DNA of 11,057 bases from Anaerolineae bacterium (GTDB lineage: Bacteria; Chloroflexota; Anaerolineae; Promineifilales; Promineifilaceae): contig DATHYN010000168.1 in NCBI GenBank assembly GCA_035459145.1, positions 1-11,057 of the forward strand, read 5' to 3'. Below, piece by piece: positions 1-6,531 of this stretch (within the stretch, counting starts at the first letter, position 1; the number at the start of each line of letters is the position of its first letter). The position numbers were made by a program, and so were the translations under genes. Below the pieces are notes generated by a model, which worked only from the letters and a program-made list of their open reading frames with translations, ran no database searches and was not told the origin of the DNA.

Positions 1-1344
1 GGTGAGATTGAGGTGGAGAGTGAGGTGGGCCGAGGGTCAACATTTAGAGTGGTTTTGCCTGTAATAGAAGAAGTGGATTATGATAAGCCTAAATATTTGC
101 AGGGAGAAGATGATGTTTTAAGTGGTAAACGGGTATTGATTGTTGATGATAACCCAATCAATCGTAAGTTAGTGAAATTACAAGCAAATAGTTGGGGGAT
201 GATATCGTATGAAGTGGGATCTGGACAAGAGGCTTTATCTGTTTTGCAGGCGGGGGATGATTTATTTGATGTGGCGACGATTGATTTCAAGATGCCGGAA
301 ATGGATGGGTTAGCTTTGGGACATAAAATTCATGAGCAAATGGGTAACAAATTACCTTTATTGTTATTGACATCGTTAAATAATCGGTTAAAAGATGAGA
401 GAATGAAAATGTTTACAACATTTTTAATGAAGCCGATTAAATCTTCACAGTTGTATGATGTTTTGGTTCAGATTTTTGCTGGTGATTTAGCTGATTTATA
501 TGAGCGTCAATTGTCACAAGAGGGGCCGATGTATGATGAACAGACAGCAGAACGATGGCCGTTACGTATTTTGTTAGCTGAAGATAATACAACGAATCAA
601 AAATTGGCTCGGTTAGTGCTAAAAAGATTGGGTTATGAGATTGATATAGTCAGCAATGGATTAGAAGCAGTTCAAGCGTTAGAGACACAGAGTTATGATT
701 TAATTTTAATGGATATGCAGATGCCGGAGATGGATGGGTTAGAGGCGACACAGTATATTCGTGACCAGTTAACAGATCAGCCTTATATTGTGGCGATTAC
801 AGCTAATGCCACCAAAAAGGGGCAAGCACAATGTATTCGGGCGGGGATGGATGATTATATTCGCAAGCCGTTTAAAGTTAAAGAGTTAGTTTCTGCGTTA
901 GGGAAAGCTTTTTCTTATCGGTATAATCAACCGGTGGAGCCCTTAGTATTTGAGGGAAGTAATTATAGTCAGAAGGAAGATATTGTATCTGATGTAATTA
1001 TTGATGAAGAGACGATCAATGAGCTTAAGAATATGTTGGGGTCGCAACTTGAAGAGACGTTACCTATTTTGATTGAGGATTTCGTGCAGAATGGGGAGAA
1101 ATTTGAGCAAGAGTTAAAAAGTGGGCTTAAGGGGGAAGATGCCGAGATGGTACGGCGCACGGCCCATAAATGGCATTCAAGCGCTATTGGTTTTGGTGCC
1201 TTGCGATTGGCAAGTTTGTTGAGCAAGATAGAGGCTAAGGGCGAAAATGGTGATTTCGAGGGGCTGGCAGTGCTCATTGAACAGACCAAAGAGTCGTTTA
1301 CGATTGTTTGTGAACGATTGATTAAGATGAAAGAGGAGATTTAG
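1..1344 (+). CDS. Hybrid sensor histidine kinase, C-terminal portion (5'-truncated by the window edge): end of HATPase_c, then receiver (REC) 1, REC 2, Hpt
   Basis: Frame 1 is open from nt 1. It begins GEIEVESEVGRGSTFRVVLPV, which matches the G3-box tail of a histidine-kinase ATPase domain, so the true start lies upstream. The GTG at 13 is not the real start. REC1 carries the DD pair (LIVDDNP), phospho-Asp (ATIDFKMPEMDG), Thr/Ser (LLLLTS) and Lys (LMKPIK). REC2 carries AEDN, LILMDMQMPEMDG, AITANA and IRKPF. The C-terminal Hpt-like helix bundle has the AHKWHSSAIGFGA motif, similar to ArcB HKxKGxxG. Stop TAG is at 1342-1344. Confidence 0.85.
   Translation, partial: GEIEVESEVGRGSTFRVVLPVIEEVDYDKPKYLQGEDDVLSGKRVLIVDDNPINRKLVKLQANSWGMISYEVGSGQEALSVLQAGDDLFDVATIDFKMPEMDGLALGHKIHEQMGNKLPLLLLTSLNNRLKDERMKMFTTFLMKPIKSSQLYDVLVQIFAGDLADLYERQLSQEGPMYDEQTAERWPLRILLAEDNTTNQKLARLVLKRLGYEIDIVSNGLEAVQALETQSYDLILMDMQMPEMDGLEATQYIRDQLTDQPYIVAITANATKKGQAQCIRAGMDDYIRKPFKVKELVSALGKAFSYRYNQPVEPLVFEGSNYSQKEDIVSDVIIDEETINELKNMLGSQLEETLPILIEDFVQNGEKFEQELKSGLKGEDAEMVRRTAHKWHSSAIGFGALRLASLLSKIEAKGENGDFEGLAVLIEQTKESFTIVCERLIKMKEEI
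1333..1338 (+). promoter_or_regulatory. Shine-Dalgarno GAGGAG inside the 3' end of the upstream gene. It sits 6 nt before ATG 1345, which directly follows stop TAG 1342-1344.
   Basis: Sequence ...aagaGGAGatttagATGagc. Stop and start are adjacent (TAGATG), which implies translational coupling. Confidence 0.7.
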
Positions 1345-2454
1345 ATGAGCAAGATGGGCTTGGTCTTAGTTGTTGATGACGAGAAGTTTAATCGGATTTT
1401 GTTATCGACCCATTTGCGTGAGGTGGGGTATGATGTCCTTGAGGCGACCGATGGGAAAGAGGCTTTGGTTTTATTAGAGAAGGAGCAGGTTGATGCCGTT
1501 TTATTAGATTTGATTATGCCGGATATGGATGGATATGAGGTGTTGCGGCAGATGCAGGCGGAGCCACATTTGCGGTTAATTCCGGTAATTATCATATCGA
1601 ATTTGAAGGATGCGGACACATTGGCACAATGTATTGAGTTGGGAGCAACAGATCATTTACCGAAGCCATTTAAGGCGACGATTTTGAAAGCGAGATTAGA
1701 TAAATCGTTGGCTCAAAAGCGTTTGCGGGAGGCGGAAATAGCGCATACACAGCAACTGGAGGAGCAAAATCAAGAGTTAGATGCTTTTGCCGGAACGGTG
1801 GCTCATGATTTAAAGACACCATTGGTTGGTATTGTAGGATTTTCTAGTTTTTTGGTACAGAACTATGATCAATTGAGTCGCGAACAGCGATTGAAAATGG
1901 CTGAAAATATATTATCGTCTGGCGAGAAGATGTCTAATATTATAGAAGAGTTGCTATTGTTGGCTCGGATTCGAAAGGATGATGTGCGCTTGACGGAGAT
2001 TGATATGGAGGCTATTTTAGGGGAGGTGAAGGCGCGGTTGCAGTATATGTTTGATGAGTATCAGCCACAAATGAGCATGCCAGACAGTTGGCCACGGGTG
2101 TTAGGATATGGATCATGGGTGGAAGAGGTTTGGGTTAACTATATTACAAACGCGTTGAAATATGGGGGAAAACCGCCAGAGGTGCAATTAGGTTATACCA
2201 AGACGGCCGATGGTATGATACGCTTTTTTGTTGTTGATAATGGGAGTGGTTTGTCTAGTGAAGAGCAAAAAGATTTATTTGCGCCATTTACACGTTTAAG
2301 TCAGGTACGGATTGAGGGGCATGGGTTGGGGTTATCTATTGTGCAACGGATTGTGACCAAATTGGGTGGAGAGGTGGGGGTAGAGAGTGAGGTGGGACAA
2401 GGCAGTACGTTTTGGTTTTCTTTGTTAGCGGTCGATGACAACGATGGTGCCTAG
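1345..2454 (+). CDS. Response-regulator receiver / histidine kinase fusion (REC - coiled coil - HisKA - HATPase_c). No sensor or transmembrane domain.
   Basis: The N-terminal REC has VLVVDDE, AVLLDLIMPDMDG (phospho-Asp), IIISNL and LPKPF. The H-box VAHDLKTPL provides the phosphorylatable His. The N-box NYITNALKYG, G1 VVDNGSGL and G2 GHGLGLSIV are present. The C-terminus GGEVGVESEVGQGSTFWFSL is paralogous to the tail of the upstream kinase. Confidence 0.9.
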   Translation: MSKMGLVLVVDDEKFNRILLSTHLREVGYDVLEATDGKEALVLLEKEQVDAVLLDLIMPDMDGYEVLRQMQAEPHLRLIPVIIISNLKDADTLAQCIELGATDHLPKPFKATILKARLDKSLAQKRLREAEIAHTQQLEEQNQELDAFAGTVAHDLKTPLVGIVGFSSFLVQNYDQLSREQRLKMAENILSSGEKMSNIIEELLLLARIRKDDVRLTEIDMEAILGEVKARLQYMFDEYQPQMSMPDSWPRVLGYGSWVEEVWVNYITNALKYGGKPPEVQLGYTKTADGMIRFFVVDNGSGLSSEEQKDLFAPFTRLSQVRIEGHGLGLSIVQRIVTKLGGEVGVESEVGQGSTFWFSLLAVDDNDGA

Positions 2455-3924
2455 AGGGGCCCAATCATAAAGTGTTTTGATATTGGTGTTATCGAGTAAA
2501 ATACAGCCGTAGGTGACGGGGGCGCCTAGGTTAGCCTCCCAGAGGAGGTCGCGACCATTTCTGGTGGGAAAACCGTGAAAACCATTCATGAAATCGGTGG
2601 TGGGGACAGGTTGATAGACACCCATGAAATTAGGCATCCATAAGTCCCAGTTGCCGGCATAGGCTGTTTCCTCAAATGATTGGATTTGGAAGATGCCAGG
2701 TGAGGTGGGACTAGAGGGGATGCCAGTGCTAGCGGGCCAATCCCAGATAAGGCGATCATTTTCGTAAACCCGTACACGTTGATCGGGGATGCTGACAACG
2801 ATTCGTTTATCGCGTGGTGGATCAAGGGGGAGAAGGTCATCGGGGGAGGGGATGGTGAGGGTTTGGCCGGGGAAGAGTTCCGTGGTGTATGGATTGGCTT
2901 GTTGGAGCCAAGGGTAGGGTATGCCGTAGCGGTGGCCGATTGAGGAGAAGGTTTCGCCCGGTTGGACGATGTGTTGGGTAGGGTGGTGGTAGATACGGGC
3001 GTTGAGAGTGGGGGCGTGGGTTTCGAGGGCTTGGGCGAGTTGCGGCAGGATGGTGTTGGGAGAGAGATAACGGCCGTTACCCACCTCCGGCAATTCAAAC
3101 TCAGCCATCAATTTGTCATTGTCAATTCCCCAAGTGACTTGGTGGGCCGTGACGGTTACGGTGGCAAACGCCGTCCAATCGAGAGGGGTTAGCGTGTGGG
3201 ATAACGATTCATCATTAAGTGGATCATAGAGATCGAGGGTTAGAGAATGGTTGAGCCATTGGTTGATAGCGGTGATAGTTTCAGGGGTAGGGATGGCGGG
3301 GGCGTCGGTGGGGGTGAAGATAAGTGGTAGTTGGCCGGTAGTGAGGATATCGTTGCTGTTATCAGCGATGGTTTGGGCGGTGGCGAGGATGTTGAGATCA
3401 AGACCTGGCTGGGGGGGTAAAGAGGTGGCTTGGCCATTACGGATATGAATTTGACCCACTTGGGCTGGTTGGGCGACATGGGGGGCAATGGTTGTTAGGA
3501 ATTGTTCGGCTTGGTTGAAATTAAAGGAGATGGTGGGGGAGATGGGGGTGTTGAGGAAATTATGGAGGGAGTCGAGGGAGCGGCCGTGGTGGTAGGCTTG
3601 ATCGAGGGTGGCGGAGATGTTGAGGGTGAGGCCGAGGGCCGAGGGGGTGGTAAGGGTGATGAAATCGTTGTGGCTGATACGAATTGTTTGGTGTTGCCAG
3701 TTGTTGTTGAGGGTGGCCGAGGCTTCGGCAAGGGTTTGGCCACTTAGGGAGATACCCATTGTGCTGGTACCCGGCAGAATATAGGGGCTGGTGATGAGGG
3801 CGTGAAGCGCGGCGAGAAAAAACGTTAGGCTAAAAATACCGGTGGCGATAAGGGCCAAACGGAAAAGGCATGAGGAGCGACGTGGTGTATGATGGTTGGG
3901 GGAGGGTTGAGCATTTATATTCAT
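2425..3924 (-). CDS. Membrane-anchored L,D-transpeptidase. N-terminal TM anchor, then PG_binding_4/YoaR-like region, a LysM domain and a C-terminal YkuD catalytic domain.
   Basis: The N-terminal hydrophobic helix is LFRLALIATGIFSLTFFLAALHALI. LysM is HIVQPGETFSSIGHRYGIPYPWLQQANPYTTELFPGQTLTIP. YkuD has the catalytic His/Cys motif ...FHGFPTRNG...PVTYGCILLDNTNIKTLYDW...GTIVVI. A PG_binding_4-like stretch reads ISLSGQTLAEASATL...LGLTLNISATLDQAYHHGRS. Confidence 0.85.
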   Translation of the reverse strand: MNINAQPSPNHHTPRRSSCLFRLALIATGIFSLTFFLAALHALITSPYILPGTSTMGISLSGQTLAEASATLNNNWQHQTIRISHNDFITLTTPSALGLTLNISATLDQAYHHGRSLDSLHNFLNTPISPTISFNFNQAEQFLTTIAPHVAQPAQVGQIHIRNGQATSLPPQPGLDLNILATAQTIADNSNDILTTGQLPLIFTPTDAPAIPTPETITAINQWLNHSLTLDLYDPLNDESLSHTLTPLDWTAFATVTVTAHQVTWGIDNDKLMAEFELPEVGNGRYLSPNTILPQLAQALETHAPTLNARIYHHPTQHIVQPGETFSSIGHRYGIPYPWLQQANPYTTELFPGQTLTIPSPDDLLPLDPPRDKRIVVSIPDQRVRVYENDRLIWDWPASTGIPSSPTSPGIFQIQSFEETAYAGNWDLWMPNFMGVYQPVPTTDFMNGFHGFPTRNGRDLLWEANLGAPVTYGCILLDNTNIKTLYDWAPLGTIVVIDR

Positions 3925-4004
3925 ATTTATAGGATAGCATAGATCAGCCTACGCTTGCATGACGGAAAGGTGACGATTAATGTACTATTCAAAGATGAGA
4001 TCAG

Positions 4005-4799
4005 TTAGATAGTTTCAACCAAATTTTGCAGATAGTGAGCGGCTGGGAGTAAGCGATTGCCATACCATGAGAACATTTCGCCATCGACGAGGCGAACGGC
4101 CGTTTTTCCCAGTGCAATTTCCAATTCCTGTTGGTGTTTAGCGGTAAATGGAAACGGTTCTGAGGAGAGTAGCAAGAGGTCTAAATCAGCTTGTTGGAGT
4201 TGGTCGAGGGTGATTTGGGGATAGCGACCATCACCGTAATTGGCAAAAACGTTATCGAAACCACACCGAGTGAGGAGGTCGTGGATAAAGGTGTGTTGGC
4301 CAACGGCCATGAACGGTTTTTGCCAGATGAGGTAGGCGGTACGGCGGGGCGGGGTTAGGGGGGTAAGTTGATTGAAGGCGGTGGTGATGTTGGTGGTGAG
4401 TTGGCGGGCAACGGCCGTTTTATTGAGCAGCTCCCCCAGTTTTTGAATCATGTTGAGGGCATCATCAAGCGTGTAGATGTCACTCATCCAGACAGGGTAT
4501 TGTTGGGCGAGCTGTTCGATACCATCTTGGTAGTTTTCTTCTTTGTTGCCGATGATGAGATCCGGTTGGAGTTGGTCGATGCGGTCGAAGCGGAACTTTT
4601 TGGTGCCACCAACAGTGGAAATATTGTTGATTTGGGGGCTGGGGTGGATGCAGAAGGTGGTGCGGCCGACGAGGGCAGCGGCGAGGCCGAGGTGGATGAG
4701 GAGCTCGGTTTGGGAGGGGACGAGGGAGATGATACGGGAAGGGGCTTGGGGGAGGGTAATGGTGCGATTCATCTGGTCGGTGACGGTTTGCGTGGTCAT
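4005..4799 (-). CDS. Peripla_BP_2 / BtuF-like (cobalamin or siderophore-type) substrate-binding-fold protein with no detectable signal peptide or lipobox
   Basis: RIISLVPSQTELLIHLGLAAALVGRTTFCIHP...VGGTKKFRFDRIDQLQPDLIIGN matches the BtuF/FhuD class III binding-protein N-lobe pattern. The N-terminus MTTQTVTDQMNRTITLPQAP is hydrophilic. Its start codon lies 2 nt after the aminotransferase stop, indicating an operon. Confidence 0.7.
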   Translation of the reverse strand: MTTQTVTDQMNRTITLPQAPSRIISLVPSQTELLIHLGLAAALVGRTTFCIHPSPQINNISTVGGTKKFRFDRIDQLQPDLIIGNKEENYQDGIEQLAQQYPVWMSDIYTLDDALNMIQKLGELLNKTAVARQLTTNITTAFNQLTPLTPPRRTAYLIWQKPFMAVGQHTFIHDLLTRCGFDNVFANYGDGRYPQITLDQLQQADLDLLLLSSEPFPFTAKHQQELEIALGKTAVRLVDGEMFSWYGNRLLPAAHYLQNLVETI

Positions 4800-4801
4800 A
4801 G

Positions 4802-6061
4802 CTATTTGTACTTATTAATCATGCGTTCGATGCTATCGAGCCCTTGTTCGAGTTTGCTCATTTCAGGACCGAAGCTGATGCGACAGTAGTCACGGTAGCG
4901 GGCGTAGGTGCGGCGGCGGTCAGGGTTGACATCAAAGAAGACGCCGGGAACGGTGATGACATTTTCTTCGAGACCTTCTTGGAAGAAGGTAAGGCCATTA
5001 TTGATGGGGGGCGGGAGTTGAGAGAGGTTGGCCCAGATGTAGAAGGTGCCTTCAGGGGGGGATTCGACGATGATGTCCATATTTTGGAGGCGTTGGAGGA
5101 CGTAGTCACGTTTGTGGCGGAAGTGGGCTTGGGTAACGGCCGTTTCTTGCCAAACATCGTCCACATCTAATAGGGATGTGGCTTGGGCTTGGAAAGGGTG
5201 ATTGGCACCACCATCGAGGAAAGAGCCGGCGCTGGCGATGGCCTCAATGACCTGTTTGGGGCCAACAGTCCAGCTGAGACGCCAGCCAGGATAACGCCAG
5301 TTTTTGGTGAGGCCGTCAACGAGGACAACCGGATCGCGGTCGACGTCTTCGATATAGGCGGCGGCGGAGACCATACGGGGCTCGTCGGAGGGGGAGCCGG
5401 TGTAGATGTAGTGGGAGTAGAATTCATCGAGGATGAGGGAGCAGCGGTATTCGCGGGCCATTTTGACCCAAGCGTTGAGGTTATCGTCGGCGACGAGTTG
5501 GCCGGTGGGGTTGCAGGGGTTGCTGATGAGGAGGGCTTTGAGGCCACGGCCGAGGACCTCTTTTTTGAGGTCGTCGATAGGGATATGGTAGTTTTTATCG
5601 GAGTCGAGGAGGATGGGGATGGGGATGAACGCTTTGAAGACGCTGAGTAGTTCTTCGTAAGCGGTGTAATCGGGGAGAAAATGGCCCATGTTGATGGTGC
5701 CGAGGGCGACGGCGAGGCGGGCGAGGGCGACGCGGCCGCCGCCGGCGATGCTGACGTTTTCATAACTGTATTGGGATGGTTTGCCTTGGCGATAGAAATG
5801 GTTGTAGAGGTCAGCTACTTTTTGGCGGAGGGCGATTTGGCCGGTGATGGGGCCGTATTCTTGGTGGTTGGGGTTGATGGTGAGGGAGGTGATGCGGTCG
5901 GGGGCGCCGGGGAGGGGGCCGGTTTCGGGGGCGCCTTGGCCGAGGTTGGCCCATTTTTCATTGGTATAGCGGTAGCCACGTTGAGTCGCTTGGTGCATGA
6001 CATAGATGACACCGGTACGGGGCACGTCACGAAAACCGGGAATGGTTGGATTAGACATCAT
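4802..6061 (-). CDS. PLP-dependent aminotransferase, class I/II fold (aspartate/aromatic aminotransferase superfamily)
   Basis: The PLP-lysine motif GLTKNWRYPGWRLSW fits SxSKxxxxxGxRxG. It also has NLGQGAPE and LLISNPCNPTGQ...ILDEFYSHYIY. It is 419 aa. The start is assigned to the ATGATG at 6061-6056. No SD is present, so the start could lie a few codons downstream. Confidence 0.85.
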   Translation of the reverse strand: MMSNPTIPGFRDVPRTGVIYVMHQATQRGYRYTNEKWANLGQGAPETGPLPGAPDRITSLTINPNHQEYGPITGQIALRQKVADLYNHFYRQGKPSQYSYENVSIAGGGRVALARLAVALGTINMGHFLPDYTAYEELLSVFKAFIPIPILLDSDKNYHIPIDDLKKEVLGRGLKALLISNPCNPTGQLVADDNLNAWVKMAREYRCSLILDEFYSHYIYTGSPSDEPRMVSAAAYIEDVDRDPVVLVDGLTKNWRYPGWRLSWTVGPKQVIEAIASAGSFLDGGANHPFQAQATSLLDVDDVWQETAVTQAHFRHKRDYVLQRLQNMDIIVESPPEGTFYIWANLSQLPPPINNGLTFFQEGLEENVITVPGVFFDVNPDRRRTYARYRDYCRISFGPEMSKLEQGLDSIERMINKYK

Positions 6062-6247
6062 ATAAACTCGCTTTTAAAAATAAATTTGGGGAGGAAGTAG
6101 AAGATAATATTAAGTGTGAAATCTTTTGTTTGAACAACTTAGCAATTATAGCAGTTTCAAAGTAATTATGAAAAATGAAAATATTGTCGAGTAGAGGAAT
6201 ATTGAGGGATGCGAAGAAATAAAGGATGATAAAGTTTGGGTAAATTG

Positions 6248-6275
6248 TTGCCAATTTCTTTTTTTTGTTTGGCAA
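6248..6275. promoter_or_regulatory. Inverted repeat TTGCCAA-N14-TTGGCAA in the AT-rich divergent intergenic region. It overlaps the -35 of the tRNA promoter.
   Basis: 6248-6254 TTGCCAA and 6269-6275 TTGGCAA are exact reverse complements, separated by the T-rich 14-nt spacer tttcttttttttgt. Confidence 0.35.
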
Positions 6276-6297
6276 AGTAACAAAAGAGACGTATAAT
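6269..6297 (+). promoter_or_regulatory. Sigma70-type promoter for tRNA-Leu: -35 TTGGCA (6269-6274), 17-nt spacer, -10 TATAAT (6292-6297)
   Basis: The -10 is a perfect match, the -35 matches 5 of 6, and the spacing is canonical. The predicted TSS is about 6304, roughly 10 nt before the mature tRNA 5' end, as expected for RNase P processing. Confidence 0.55.
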
Positions 6298-6314
6298 TGT
6301 AGTTTGATATTTTA

Positions 6315-6396
6315 GGGGATGTGGCGGAATTGGCAGACGCGCATGACTTAGAATCATGTGCCGCAAGGCGTGTGGGTTCGAGCCCCTCCATCCCCA
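6315..6396 (+). tRNA. tRNA-Leu, anticodon TAG (reads CUA/CUG), class II with long variable arm. CCA is not encoded.
   Basis: The acceptor stem GGGGATG/CATCCCC is 7 perfect bp with discriminator A. The D arm GCGGAATTGGCAGACGC is Leu-type. The anticodon stem CATGA/TCATG has loop CTTAGAA, with U33 and A37 present. The variable arm is GCC-GCAA-GGC. The T-loop TTCGAGC sits on a GTGGG/CCCTC stem with one mismatch. Confidence 0.9.
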
Positions 6397-6442
6397 TCAA
6401 GCATATTTGTTATTGTGAACAATTTAGAGCAAAGTAGCGCTG

Positions 6443-6480
6443 GGCGTTGTCTCGTTTTGTGCTGAGACAGCGCTTTTTTG
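6443..6480 (+). terminator. Intrinsic terminator downstream of tRNA-Leu
   Basis: The stem GGCGTTGTCTC (6443-6453) pairs with GAGACAGCGCT (6464-6474). That is 11 bp including 2 G-T wobbles, with a 10-nt loop, followed by TTTTT(T) at 6475-6479. Confidence 0.6.
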
Positions 6481-6531
6481 CTGACTTGCTTACCCAAAAA
6501 AAGAACTTTTTGCAAAGTGAGGTAATGATTT

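Noticed and set aside
78-1619. Minus-strand ORFs 78..290, 969..1289 and 1341..1619 antisense to the kinase genes
   Set aside because: The sense frames carry complete REC, Hpt and HisKA motifs. These antisense ORFs are shadows.
2586-3747. Pro/Ser/Thr-rich minus-strand ORFs (2586..3098, 3240..3488, 3495..3743) and + strand ORFs (2962..3192, 3251..3448, 3502..3747) inside the L,D-transpeptidase gene
   Set aside because: They are alternative frames of a real gene whose YkuD/LysM motifs are clear. They are compositional artefacts of the C-rich coding strand.
3925-3936. TATAAAT immediately abutting the L,D-transpeptidase ATG on the minus strand, considered as a leaderless-mRNA -10
   Set aside because: A -10 ending at the start codon would place the TSS inside the ORF, and no alternative in-frame Met lies downstream before the TM helix.
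5167-5763. 198-aa Ser/Pro/Ala-rich minus-strand ORF, and 4858..5166 and 5815..6030, inside the aminotransferase gene
   Set aside because: They are same-strand alternative frames with low complexity. The aminotransferase frame carries the PLP-lysine motif, and these do not.
4368-6100. Several long + strand ORFs (4368..4889, 4543..4818, 4844..5170, 5183..5650, 5681..6100) with Gly/Asp/Glu/Val-rich translations
   Set aside because: They lie antisense to the well-supported aminotransferase and BtuF-like genes. They are low-complexity products of the G-rich + strand, have no SD, and show no domain signatures. They are shadow ORFs.
6062-6314. Possible cobalamin riboswitch upstream of the aminotransferase/BtuF-like operon
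   Set aside because: I read the reverse complement of the leader. It has no B12-box (GCCACTG) or the conserved cobalamin-riboswitch core. The region is simply AT-rich.
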